A stretch of DNA of 23,099 nucleotides from a virus (IMGVR_UViG_3300037467_000752); one strand, 5' to 3'. Shown: positions 7,312-14,564, numbered from the stretch's first letter. Numbers and translations: made by a program. Notes: generated by a model from the sequence alone, not told the origin.

Positions 7312-7461
7312 TCAGACGTTGAACCCGTGCACCTTCAGGAAGGCGATTTGCTCGGGCGTGCAGAGCGCAAGGGCCATCATGTGGCGTTGCATGTACTTTT
7401 CCAGTTTCGCGCGATTGCTGGGGCTGGGGCACTTGCGAAAGGCGTTAATCAGGCGTTCCAT
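7312..7461 (-). CDS. Small phage protein, 49 aa
   Basis: Hand-translated: MERLINAFRKCPSPSNRAKLEKYMQRHMMALALCTPEQIAFLKVHGFNV; CCGGAG RBS. Confidence 0.8.
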   Translation of the reverse strand: MERLINAFRKCPSPSNRAKLEKYMQRHMMALALCTPEQIAFLKVHGFNV

Positions 7462-7489
7462 TTGGTGGGCTCCGGTGTGTTTCAATGTC

Positions 7490-7547
7490 TGTACTATAAC
7501 CGTACATCAGAATAAAAACAATGGGCCAGCCATAGGGACAAACCCTA
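7490..7547 (-). promoter_or_regulatory. Promoter with box and operator
   Basis: TTGTTT-17-TATAGT, operator TGTACTATAACCGTACA (7490-7506), box 12 bp upstream of the -35. Confidence 0.8.
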
Positions 7548-7576
7548 ACGTTTGCCCTAGCAGCATGGCCCCAGCT

Positions 7577-7762
7577 TCAGCACGGGCGAACGCCTACAGC
7601 CTCCGCTATCCGTCCCGTATGCGTCCGCGCGTCCGTCTGCAGGATGCCCCGCAATTGCACCTCTGCCACACTCGGGGCAGGCGAGGGCGTAAGCGTAGGC
7701 TTACAGGCAGGGTCTAGGGCTTTCGCCTTCGGCTGCGTGGGCTTGATGAGCAGATGACACAT
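7577..7762 (-). CDS. Possible hypothetical protein (uncertain)
   Basis: 61-aa ORF with a weak RBS; the region may be degenerate. Confidence 0.3.
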   Translation of the reverse strand: MCHLLIKPTQPKAKALDPACKPTLTPSPAPSVAEVQLRGILQTDARTHTGRIAEAVGVRPC

Positions 7763-7859
7763 AACGGGCGCGTCCTTCGCTATTCGTGCTTTTCCTCTTC
7801 CTCTCCAACGATGATTTTTGTTCCGATACTACTACGGTGTAGGCTTTTGCCTACGCGCG

Positions 7860-7917
7860 ATTGTCGAGCCAAAAGGTTCCCGGGATATTGGGACAAACCC
7901 TAATAGGGGTAACCCTA
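7860..7917 (-). promoter_or_regulatory. Tandem double box with possible promoter
   Basis: TAGGGTTACCCCTA (7917-7904) and TAGGGTTTGTCCCA (7902-7889); candidate -10 GACAAT (7865-7860). Confidence 0.6.
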
Positions 7918-8106
7918 ATTGACGTGGTTAGCCCAGAGTGCTAGGGCCTGCGTTATCGTTTCGGTTTTCCAGCCCTTGCGGGACAGTTGCAGCCTCAGCA
8001 CGCCTACCCGGGTGATTTGCATATCCCGGGCGATTCGTACTGCATCCCGGAGACATCCAAAGACTTTAGGCGATACCTCCGGGCTTACGTCTGCGGGCTT
8101 TGTCAA
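7915..8106 (-). CDS. Hypothetical protein
   Basis: Start uncertain (TTG with TTGA overlap chosen). The C-terminal part looks protein-like. Confidence 0.65.
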   Translation of the reverse strand: MTKPADVSPEVSPKVFGCLRDAVRIARDMQITRVGVLRLQLSRKGWKTETITQALALWANHVN

Positions 8107-8552
8107 GGCTTCGGCATTGCCGGGAAGTGGAAACTCTCCGGGAAGGGCCACGGGCCAGCATTCGCACCGGCTAGGGCCTTACAGCCTGTATTGCACTCCC
8201 AATGGCGCACAGGGCCACAGGTGCAGCCTGCGGGGCGAGGCAGGCTTGAACGCGCGGCGGCTGCGTCTTCCCGCATAACTTCCGATGCCATTGCGTTGAT
8301 CGCCGCCATATCTTCAGCGAAAAACCCGCTAGGCGGTGCCATAGTCAATGGCGGGCGACTGTCGAGCAGGAAACGGATAAATGCAGCCTCCAGTGCTGCG
8401 GCTCTGTCATCGGCTGCGGGTGTCAAGCCTACGGCCTTGCCGTCGCTGTAGATGAGTGCAAAACAATCATCTATCAGGGCGTTTTCCTCGGGGCTCAGTT
8501 GCCCATTCTCGCGAACGGAAAGGGCTAGGCGTTCATTGTCGGTAAGTCTCAT
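8103..8552 (-). CDS. Hypothetical protein with Cys-rich C-terminal module
   Basis: 149 aa from MRLTDNE; ATGA overlap; contains CTCGPVRHWECNTGC. Confidence 0.8.
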   Translation of the reverse strand: MRLTDNERLALSVRENGQLSPEENALIDDCFALIYSDGKAVGLTPAADDRAAALEAAFIRFLLDSRPPLTMAPPSGFFAEDMAAINAMASEVMREDAAAARSSLPRPAGCTCGPVRHWECNTGCKALAGANAGPWPFPESFHFPAMPKP

Positions 8553-8650
8553 GGGTCCATTCTCCAAAAATAGACGATAAAAGGTGCGGCAAACACTGCC
8601 GCAAGGATGGCGGCAAGCGCCAATTCTTTAAGGTACTGTTTGAGCTTCAT
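8549..8650 (-). CDS. Small membrane protein, 33 aa
   Basis: MKLKQYLKELALAAILAAVFAAPFIVYFWRMDP; ATGA overlaps at both ends. Confidence 0.75.
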   Translation of the reverse strand: MKLKQYLKELALAAILAAVFAAPFIVYFWRMDP

Positions 8651-8850
8651 ACGCTGGCCTGTCTGCGGGTGATGAGTGCTCGGTAATCATACGTGTCCGC
8701 AATGGTGGCGCAAGGGCCACAGGCGGGAAGCCAGCTACGGGCTTCGGCTTCCGTCCAACAAAGGCGGTATGTCCCGTAATCGCACGTGACACGATAGGGG
8801 GCGAAGTAATCGCGGGCGATGCTGTCGAGGGTCTTGATGATTTTGCGCAT
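8647..8850 (-). CDS. Hypothetical protein, 67 aa
   Basis: MRKIIKTLDSIARDYF...; CGGAG RBS. Confidence 0.8.
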   Translation of the reverse strand: MRKIIKTLDSIARDYFAPYRVTCDYGTYRLCWTEAEARSWLPACGPCATIADTYDYRALITRRQASV

Positions 8851-8878
8851 GATCGCTAGCTCCGTTGTGATGCTTTGC

Positions 8879-8922
8879 AGTATGGCCCAGCGTAGCGTAA
8901 TCGTACATAGGGGCAAACCCTA
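8879..8922 (-). promoter_or_regulatory. Promoter with box and operator
   Basis: -10 CATACT, operator TGTACGATTACGCTACG (8907-8891), abutting box TAGGGTTTGCCCCT. Confidence 0.75.
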
Positions 8923-8948
8923 GTTAGTCGGCGTAACGTTTGCAAGCT

Positions 8949-8981
8949 AAAAAGGAAAACCCCTACTTTCGCTAGGGCTTT
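8949..8981 (-). terminator. Probable intrinsic terminator
   Basis: AAAGCCCTAGC-GAAA-GTAGGGGTTTTCCTTTTT on the minus strand. Confidence 0.6.
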
Positions 8982-9000
8982 GCTTTGTGGCCTGCTCTGC

Positions 9001-9156
9001 TCAGTGAGTGGTATACCTCTGGCGCGTGGGCATTTCCTGAGCATGCCTCTGCAGCCTGTCAAGCTCTCGGCGCTGGCCTGCAGTGAGCCTGCGCGGTTGA
9101 CGGCTCGTCTTTGCATTAATGTTGCCCGCGCTGTTGTAATAGGTGCGTTGTTGCAT
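9001..9156 (-). CDS. Small basic protein, 51 aa
   Basis: MQQRTYYNSAGNINAKTSRQPRRLTAGQRRELDRLQRHAQEMPTRQRYTTH; GGAGG RBS. Confidence 0.75.
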   Translation of the reverse strand: MQQRTYYNSAGNINAKTSRQPRRLTAGQRRELDRLQRHAQEMPTRQRYTTH

Positions 9157-9188
9157 GTCGTTCCTCCGGGGCTACGCTTATTCTTGCT

Positions 9189-9374
9189 TTAAGCGGCTGC
9201 AGCGTTGCGCAACATGATCCGGAAAGCCTTGCGGCGTTCTTTGGCACTCCCGGACAGTCCGCTGATGGTCCGGGCATGGCGGGCACCCTTCGGCGCATCC
9301 TTGCCCATGTCGGCATACTTGCCAACGGGGAAAGCGCGGGCGGCTTCACGGGTGGGGAAAAAGACTTGACGCAT
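9189..9374 (-). CDS. Hypothetical protein, 61 aa
   Basis: AAGGAG RBS. Confidence 0.8.
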   Translation of the reverse strand: MRQVFFPTREAARAFPVGKYADMGKDAPKGARHARTISGLSGSAKERRKAFRIMLRNAAAA

Positions 9375-9423
9375 GTTTAAGCTCCTTTGTAGCTATTGTG
9401 TCCTGCCGGACGTTGGAAGAGTC

Positions 9424-9510
9424 TAACGGGAGCCTACGCTAGCCCGGCGGGATGGTCCCCGCTAGTTAGGTAGGAGCTAATGCAAGCTCCCGTTAAGCCC
9501 TTCCGGGCTT
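9424..9510. other. Intergenic multi-stem inverted-repeat element
   Basis: 10-bp closing stem TAACGGGAGC/GCTCCCGTTA with internal stems, next to the hairpin AAGCCC-TTCC-GGGCTT. Confidence 0.6.
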
Positions 9511-9513
9511 GTG

Positions 9514-9678
9514 TTATGGCAGCGTCCAGCGCCCGCGACTGTTATCCCAAACTTCCCCGGTTGCCTCTCTAATTGCGGCTCTCGCGGCTCGCAATGCTTC
9601 ATGTTCTTCGGTGTTTAGACCCGTCCTGTGGTAACGGTTAGTGAGGGCTTCCGCGCAGAGCTTGAGGGCTTGAATCAT
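9514..9678 (-). CDS. Hypothetical protein, 54 aa
   Basis: MIQALKLCAEALTNRYHRTGLNTEEHEALRAARAAIREATGEVWDNSRGRWTLP; promoter directly upstream. Confidence 0.75.
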   Translation of the reverse strand: MIQALKLCAEALTNRYHRTGLNTEEHEALRAARAAIREATGEVWDNSRGRWTLP

Positions 9679-9710
9679 GTTAGTAGCTTCCGGGAGTTAC
9701 GATGGAAAGA

Positions 9711-9754
9711 ATGATAGCAGGGCTAGCGGGCTTGTCTAGTAGGGACAAACCCTT
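9711..9754 (-). promoter_or_regulatory. Promoter with box
   Basis: TAGACA-16-TGcTATCAT; box AAGGGTTTGTCCCT 2 bp upstream. Confidence 0.75.
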
Positions 9755-9755
9755 A

Positions 9756-9959
9756 CTAAAACACAGCTTGAAAGATTGGGCGCGGGCGATTCAGTATGCG
9801 CCAGCCATCAGCCCCGACAGCCTTTTCCAGCTTCGCGGCTGCATCCGGAATATTGCGGGCTTCGTGGATAGGGTGCTTAATCAGGTGCTTACGCTCGGCT
9901 CTGCCGCTTGCGTCAATCCGTGAAAGCGTTGCGGTAATCAGATAGGTGCGCGTCTGCAT
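9756..9959 (-). CDS. Hypothetical protein, 67 aa
   Basis: MQTRTYLITATL...; GAGGT RBS. Confidence 0.75.
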   Translation of the reverse strand: MQTRTYLITATLSRIDASGRAERKHLIKHPIHEARNIPDAAAKLEKAVGADGWRILNRPRPIFQAVF

Positions 9960-9963
9960 TTGC

Positions 9964-10242
9964 TTACCTCTTAGCGGCTTCGTGCGCAGCCTTACGGGCT
10001 GCATCGTATTTCGCCAAAGCCTGAGTAAGCTCTGCCTCTGCAGCGGCCAAAGCCTTAGCTTCAGCCTTCCGCCCGTCAAGCTCAGGTGTCCAGTTGTGAG
10101 GGCGCTCAGCCATCATCCACATTTGAGACAGGGAACCGTTAAACCCATATGCAGCAGCATGGAAAAACAATCCAGCGGCCTCGCGAGCCTGATATGCGTT
10201 TTCCATGTTGTACTCACGGCGGGTTTCAAGAATGCGGCTCAT
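9964..10242 (-). CDS. Hypothetical protein, 92 aa
   Basis: CCGGAG RBS; Ala-rich helical C-terminus. Confidence 0.8.
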   Translation of the reverse strand: MSRILETRREYNMENAYQAREAAGLFFHAAAYGFNGSLSQMWMMAERPHNWTPELDGRKAEAKALAAAEAELTQALAKYDAARKAAHEAAKR

Positions 10243-10274
10243 GGCGTTAGCTCCGGTTTTGTGTTTGCAATGGG

Positions 10275-10332
10275 TGTACTGTAATCGAACCTAACAGGCT
10301 TGTCTAGGATTATTTTCTAGGGGCAAACCCTA
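10275..10332 (-). promoter_or_regulatory. Promoter with box and operator
   Basis: TAGACA-17-TACAGT; box TAGGGTTTGCCCCT 12 bp upstream. Confidence 0.8.
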
Positions 10333-10574
10333 ATACCTGCGGCTTCGAAAGCTTCAGCATACCCTGTCGGGCTTCTCCCCTTCACAGTGGAAAGCTTCGC
10401 GCCCTTTTTGCCTGTGCGATAGTAGCCCACTTCATAGACAAAGATAGGGCCAGAACAAATCCGCCAGCCTTCGCTGTCATAGGTGTCCGCGTCCGTAGCT
10501 TCCCGCAATTCACGGGCAAAGCCACGGGAACCCCAAAGGGTCCGGGCGAATGCTTCAGCCTGTGCGCGGTCCAT
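10317..10574 (-). CDS. Hypothetical protein, 85 aa
   Basis: MDRAQAEAFARTLWG...; TAATG overlap with the upstream stop. Confidence 0.78.
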   Translation of the reverse strand: MDRAQAEAFARTLWGSRGFARELREATDADTYDSEGWRICSGPIFVYEVGYYRTGKKGAKLSTVKGRSPTGYAEAFEAAGIRVCP

Positions 10575-10849
10575 TAGCCATACACCTGAAACATAGCGGC
10601 TTTCCACTCGGCCACGGTGTGTCCGTCCCACACATTCCGGCGAACCCTTGCCCATCGCGGGTAAGGGATATATCCCAAAGCCTGCGAGATATGGGCATTG
10701 CAGCCCCCTGCCTCTAGGCTTTTGGCGTACTCCATAACTACTCGCTCCAGCTTCGCGGCTGTGGGCTTGCCGTGGCGCTTCGTGTCCCATGCCATGCACG
10801 TGCAGCCGTCCATGTCGAGGGCATACTTAGGGGTAATGGTGCGTCCCAT
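10574..10849 (-). CDS. Phage hypothetical protein, 91 aa
   Basis: MGRTITPKYALDMDG...SLEAGGCNAHISQALGYIPYP. Confidence 0.82.
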   Translation of the reverse strand: MGRTITPKYALDMDGCTCMAWDTKRHGKPTAAKLERVVMEYAKSLEAGGCNAHISQALGYIPYPRWARVRRNVWDGHTVAEWKAAMFQVYG

Positions 10850-10850
10850 G

Positions 10851-11084
10851 TTAGATACCCTTGCTGATGACGTGAGCGCAGTAGGCGCGGAGGGCGTCCC
10901 CGATGGTGAAGCCAGCGGGAAGGCAGGCGATGTCCTGCAGGTTATTGCGGAAGCCGCTCCAGCCGTGCACGTTATCCACGTCATATCCCTTCGCGGCGGT
11001 TTCTGCCGGGATGCTGAAGCCCAGCACGATTGCCAAAGCTTCGCGGGCGTTGCGGCTCATTTGTTCGTACAGGTTGCGAGGCAT
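10851..11084 (-). CDS. Hypothetical protein, 77 aa
   Basis: TAAGGA RBS, promoter upstream. Confidence 0.8.
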   Translation of the reverse strand: MPRNLYEQMSRNAREALAIVLGFSIPAETAAKGYDVDNVHGWSGFRNNLQDIACLPAGFTIGDALRAYCAHVISKGI

Positions 11085-11117
11085 GTTGCGTTTCCTTAGT
11101 GCGTTGTCGATGGGCGT

Positions 11118-11161
11118 ATTATGTCCCGTTATCGTACTTAGTCAAACTAGGACAAACCCTA
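11118..11161 (-). promoter_or_regulatory. Promoter with box and operator
   Basis: TTGACT-16-CATAAT; operator at 11122-11138; box 2 bp upstream. The core is 25/28 identical to the promoter at 14781-14808. Confidence 0.85.
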
Positions 11162-11176
11162 CCACTTTGCGAATAT

Positions 11177-11240
11177 GGTTATCCGTTGTCCCGTGTGAAT
11201 TCTTGATTCAACCAATCAGACAACCCCTTGCGGGGTAACC
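11177..11240 (-). other. Candidate structured RNA (three-way junction)
   Basis: Pairings GGUUA/UAACC, GUUGUC/GACAAC, UGAAU/AUUCA and CCC-GCAA-GGG (GNRA loop). Confidence 0.45.
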
Positions 11241-11286
11241 GTGTGCACGTCCGCACGAACGGGCAAGCTGGGGCGTTTCGGTGCCG

Positions 11287-11529
11287 TCATTTTGTGCCCC
11301 TTCGCCCGTTGCTTTGCGTGATGCGCCAGCCGACTAGTTCCCCCTTCGGGTTAACTGCTTTGGCTACGCTCATGCCGTAATTGCCGCATGCCATGCGTAG
11401 GCGCTGAGAATCCGGCACTTCGTCAGGGCTCAGAAAAATCATGCCGTCACGTTCTTTTGCCAGTAGTTCGCGCAACGCGGCGTAGTCGATAATTGCACGC
11501 ATCGGCAGGGGTGTAAATTTAATTTTCAT
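11287..11529 (-). CDS. Hypothetical protein, 80 aa
   Basis: MKIKFTPLP...; ATGA overlap and AAAGGTG RBS. Confidence 0.78.
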   Translation of the reverse strand: MKIKFTPLPMRAIIDYAALRELLAKERDGMIFLSPDEVPDSQRLRMACGNYGMSVAKAVNPKGELVGWRITQSNGRRGTK

Positions 11530-11756
11530 GCGTTCACCTTTTTCCAATCCTGCCCCACGCGGGACAGAATGCGCTGCGCGGCTTCCGTGTTTGACATCGC
11601 CGGGTCTTTCGCCTTCTCTTTTTCCCGCTTCAGCGTGGAATAAATAGACGTGAACCATACGGCATTCGCGGACAGGTCTGCGGCTTGCCGGGGCGTGGCT
11701 CCATTTGCCACGAGCATAAGCGCGTCGCGCATTTCCTGAGATTGTTTTGCTGGCAT
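11526..11756 (-). CDS. Putative HTH DNA-binding protein
   Basis: ALMLVANGATPRQAADLSANAVWFTSIYSTLKR has an HTH-like pattern followed by a basic tail; AAAGGA RBS. Confidence 0.6.
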   Translation of the reverse strand: MPAKQSQEMRDALMLVANGATPRQAADLSANAVWFTSIYSTLKREKEKAKDPAMSNTEAAQRILSRVGQDWKKVNA

Positions 11757-11760
11757 TTGT

Positions 11761-11934
11761 TTAGTTCCTTTTCCAAGCCTCAGGCAAAAACCCGCCGCTA
11801 CTCATCCAATTATCTAGTGCATTAAAATGCTCTGCCGCTTCGTCCGCGTGGGCCTGCCGGATGGCTGGATCAGTGTCGGCTTTCATTTGCTTTAACGTCA
11901 GTCGTAGCAATCTCAATGTTTCGTTGGGGTCCAT
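11761..11934 (-). CDS. Conserved phage protein, 57 aa (MDPN...ALDNWMSSGGFLPEAW)
   Basis: Hand-translated; AAAGGA RBS; extended -10 TGcTAAAAT at 11967-11959. Confidence 0.85.
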   Translation of the reverse strand: MDPNETLRLLRLTLKQMKADTDPAIRQAHADEAAEHFNALDNWMSSGGFLPEAWKRN

Positions 11935-11974
11935 GCGTGTTTCCTTTCGATGTGTACGATTTTAGCACGCGGGT

Positions 11975-12184
11975 TTAGTCGAGCGTGGCCCGTTGTGCGA
12001 GAGCTTGCGATATGTCTCCGTCGCGCTCCATGGCATCAACAAAATCAACCCATGCCACTCGCGTATCGGTAGGATACATTTTGTCGGTTCCGGCATAGTT
12101 CATAATTTTTCGCTTGGGCAAATCCGGATGCGCTTGCCAAAACGCAGTGCGAAGGGCTTTTTGTGTCGTTATGATGTGGGACAT
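11975..12184 (-). CDS. Conserved phage protein, 69 aa
   Basis: ITTQKALRTAFW...DTRVAWVDFVD...RDGDIS..LAQRATL; GAAAGG RBS. Confidence 0.85.
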   Translation of the reverse strand: MSHIITTQKALRTAFWQAHPDLPKRKIMNYAGTDKMYPTDTRVAWVDFVDAMERDGDISQALAQRATLD

Positions 12185-12229
12185 TTTCGGCTTCCTTTCA
12201 GGGAGTTACCCGTGTTGAAATTGTGTACG

Positions 12230-12943
12230 TCAATAGTCGTTGTCGTCCCCGTAATCCTCATCGCAGAATGCATACGGAACGCCAGTGCTAGCCCGTAGGC
12301 CATACGTCAGCGTAAACCGTTGCCCCTCATACTCGACATGCTTGCAATACGGCTGCACTGCCTCAGCAATGGCCCAAAACAGGTCGTAGGCTGTCAATGC
12401 ACTCCCATGGAATCGCCTAGAGGCTTTGCGATAGCCTGTCCGCATACGGGCAAGGGCTGCAGCTAGATAGGGTTTGATAAGCTTTTGGGCTTCAGTCCTG
12501 TCTTCGTCGTCTATCTCGCTAAGGCAGTTCATCCGGCCATGCTCTGCGGCGAAGATAATCTCCCGTAACTCTTCATCGCAATCAATGGGGCGCGTCCTGC
12601 GTGGCGTAGTATCCACGGGTGCCCCGTAGAAGTAATCCCGGAACATGCGCTGAAGGTCGCCCGCAATGTTTTCGTGAATCGTCCATGCGCTGCCTATGTG
12701 ATCGCGGCGCAACTCTCCATTCTGCCCACGGACAAACCAAATCCCGCCGAGGGCCTCTAGCTCGTCGTCAATCGAGCCGATAGCCTCTAGCCCGTTAACG
12801 TGCTCTAGGAGGTCATGCGCGATAACCAAACCCTCTGTAGCCGAGTTCAAGGCCTCGTCTGTAGTGTCAATGCCTTTCACGCCTAAGCCAAGCTCGCCTG
12901 TCATTTCGTCGCGGAAGGCAATCAGGGTTACTGTTTTGTTCAT
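12230..12943 (-). CDS. Hypothetical protein, possible metal-binding (HDLLEH...DELEA); leaderless
   Basis: 237 aa; the ATG is 7 nt after the -10 of TTGACA-17-CACAAT. Confidence 0.88.
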   Translation of the reverse strand: MNKTVTLIAFRDEMTGELGLGVKGIDTTDEALNSATEGLVIAHDLLEHVNGLEAIGSIDDELEALGGIWFVRGQNGELRRDHIGSAWTIHENIAGDLQRMFRDYFYGAPVDTTPRRTRPIDCDEELREIIFAAEHGRMNCLSEIDDEDRTEAQKLIKPYLAAALARMRTGYRKASRRFHGSALTAYDLFWAIAEAVQPYCKHVEYEGQRFTLTYGLRASTGVPYAFCDEDYGDDNDY

Positions 12944-12950
12944 GGGTGTA

Positions 12951-12979
12951 ATTGTGTACGGTTATTGTTCGGCTGTCAA
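12951..12979 (-). promoter_or_regulatory. sigma70 promoter with operator
   Basis: TTGACA-17-CACAAT; operator-like TGTACGGTTATTGTTCG (12955-12971). Confidence 0.85.
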
Positions 12980-13230
12980 GCCCTTTTGATGGGCGTTAGC
13001 TTGCCGTGATATTCCATGCGGCTGCGGGCTTCCCCGTAGAGGCAGACACAGAGGTTGGCGCTAGCAATATAGCGCAGGCTCAGCGGGTCTGTTTTCTTGC
13101 GGGTTTCGCTGGGCAGTTCGTGCCCCCTGCCTGCCGCAATCATTTCAGCACAAATGGCCCTAGCTTCCGCGTCAGCCTTCAGCGTAGCCCGTTCAAGAGC
13201 CGCGCGGGACAGGGCAGCTACGTTCTTCAT
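12976..13230 (-). CDS. Hypothetical protein, 84 aa
   Basis: MKNVAALSRAAL...; ATGA overlap. Confidence 0.75.
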   Translation of the reverse strand: MKNVAALSRAALERATLKADAEARAICAEMIAAGRGHELPSETRKKTDPLSLRYIASANLCVCLYGEARSRMEYHGKLTPIKRA

Positions 13231-13436
13231 TCTGCAGCCTTCAGGACATCGGCAAAGGTCCAAACCTTACCCGTCCCGTTATCGTTCACAGTGTAGCCCG
13301 TGCTACCGTTAGGGTAAGGCATCGGGCCATTCCCCGGAATGGTCATCAGTCCAGTAACGGTAATGCCTTTGCGTGCTAGCTTGCGCACGATAGCGGCTCC
13401 GAAGTGGCGGGCAGAGATTTGCTGGGATGCGTTCAT
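13227..13436 (-). CDS. Phage hypothetical protein, 69 aa
   Basis: CGGAG RBS. Confidence 0.82.
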   Translation of the reverse strand: MNASQQISARHFGAAIVRKLARKGITVTGLMTIPGNGPMPYPNGSTGYTVNDNGTGKVWTFADVLKAAE

Positions 13437-13472
13437 GGCGTTTAACTCCGTGGCTGTTTCGTTTGCAATGAG

Positions 13473-13525
13473 TGTACTGTAACGCTACGCTGAAGGCGTT
13501 GCAAGAGCTTTTTATAAAGCCCCTA
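13473..13525 (-). promoter_or_regulatory. Promoter with operator and degenerate box
   Basis: TTGCAA-17-TACAGT; operator TGTACTGTAACGCTACG. Confidence 0.85.
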
Positions 13526-13744
13526 CGCCTTAGTATGGGAAAAGCCCAGACGGGCCAGCGTAGCCCGTGCGGCTTCGTGCGTGGGCTCGTAGTGGGTGAA
13601 GGCTGCGCCATCGCTCCACGTGAAGCGGATAGACGCATCGCCTTCCGGGTAGGTGGTGAGGGCTGCGCTGTCGGCGCTGCCCCAATAGCGGCCCAGTGAA
13701 AGGGCTGCAGCCTGCGCAGGGGTAAGGGCGGCTTGTGTTTGCAT
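13523..13744 (-). CDS. Hypothetical protein, 73 aa, probably leaderless
   Basis: MQTQAALTPAQAAALSLGRYWG...; the ATG is 7 nt after CATAAT. Confidence 0.75.
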   Translation of the reverse strand: MQTQAALTPAQAAALSLGRYWGSADSAALTTYPEGDASIRFTWSDGAAFTHYEPTHEAARATLARLGFSHTKA

Positions 13745-13751
13745 GTGACGG

Positions 13752-13859
13752 ATTATGTACGATAACAGGACGCATGAAATAGGGATAAACACCTAGACGC
13801 AAGGCTAGGGAAAGCACCTAGAAGAAAAAGCTTGCAAGGCTGTACGGCTATGCTACACT
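13752..13859. promoter_or_regulatory. Divergent promoter pair, each with box and operator
   Basis: Minus: CATAAT 13757-13752, operator 13756-13772, box 13794-13781. Plus: box TAGGGAAAGCACCT 13806-13819, TTGCAA-16-TGcTACACT, operator TGTACGGCTATGCTACA 13841-13857. Confidence 0.8.
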
Positions 13860-13865
13860 GCAGGC

Positions 13866-13915
13866 ATTCGAACTAGCAGGGGATGGACGGCGAGAGTGGG
13901 CGACTGTTTTGTTTT
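13866..13915 (+). ncRNA. Repeated short element, copy 2 (sRNA or micropeptide MDGESGRLF..., 13883-13960)
   Basis: ATTCGAAC-TAGCA-GGGGATGGACGGC, starting 6 nt after the -10; U-rich 3' end. Confidence 0.55.
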
Positions 13916-13925
13916 CCGCATAATG

Positions 13926-13952
13926 AAAAACCCGGGCTATGCCGGGCTTTAG
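13926..13952 (-). terminator. Intrinsic terminator
   Basis: AAAGCCCGG-CATAGC-CCGGGTTTTT on the minus strand, overlapping the stop of 13949..14185. Confidence 0.85.
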
Positions 13953-14185
13953 TTGGCTAAAAATCGCTGGCACGTGGCGGCGTTTGTAGGCAGGTTGATT
14001 CCTTCGCGCTTGCACAGTGCCACGGCTGCGGCTATGGCCGCGTCCATGCTGGCAGCGGCTATCTCGAAAGTATAGCGGGGCAAAGCGTGAAGGTTCACCC
14101 GGTAGCCTGCCGGAATCCCGGCTAAGGCGTGGGCTAGGTTGTCGCTAATGCGGATTGTGTCGCCTTCGCGGATAGCTGCGGTCAT
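13949..14185 (-). CDS. Hypothetical protein, 78 aa
   Basis: ATGA overlap; ends at the terminator. Confidence 0.75.
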   Translation of the reverse strand: MTAAIREGDTIRISDNLAHALAGIPAGYRVNLHALPRYTFEIAAASMDAAIAAAVALCKREGINLPTNAATCQRFLAN

Positions 14186-14403
14186 TGGTAACCCCAGCTT
14201 TCGCGGGCGTAGCGGGGCAAGTCTGCCAGCAATTCCGCCTTACTCGCGTAGAGCGGCCCCACGGCGGCAGGCGTGCCTATTTCGTGGCAGTCATAAACCC
14301 GCCACAGTGGCTTACCTGCCGGGTTACTGTTGCCGTACTTCAGCCCCTTAAACTGCGTGGCATGAAGCGCGATCGGATTGACTCCGTTATGTGGTGTTGT
14401 CAT
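14182..14403 (-). CDS. Phage hypothetical protein, 73 aa
   Basis: VGPLYASKAELLADLPRYA; ATGA overlaps. Confidence 0.8.
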   Translation of the reverse strand: MTTPHNGVNPIALHATQFKGLKYGNSNPAGKPLWRVYDCHEIGTPAAVGPLYASKAELLADLPRYARESWGYQ

Positions 14404-14555
14404 TCTGCATGGGCCTTTGCTTGTTGGTAGTCTGTGCCACGGTAGACTATGCGTTGATACTCGTGCTGAAACCTCTGCTCTAGCGGCTCGCTGCGACGGA
14501 TTACCCGCTTAACTTCGCCCGTGCTGGGGCTCCGAAATTCCCATACTGTCCACAT
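14400..14555 (-). CDS. Hypothetical protein, 51 aa
   Basis: MWTVWEFRSPSTGEVKRVIRRSEPLEQRFQHEYQRIVYRGTDYQQAKAHAE; AGGAG RBS. Confidence 0.75.
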   Translation of the reverse strand: MWTVWEFRSPSTGEVKRVIRRSEPLEQRFQHEYQRIVYRGTDYQQAKAHAE

Positions 14556-14564
14556 TTGCGGCTC

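Noticed and set aside
9424-9510. Self-cleaving ribozyme (twister, pistol, hammerhead) here or at 11177-11240
   Set aside because: Conserved catalytic cores (e.g. CUGAUGA/GAAA) were not found by eye; kept only as generic structured elements.
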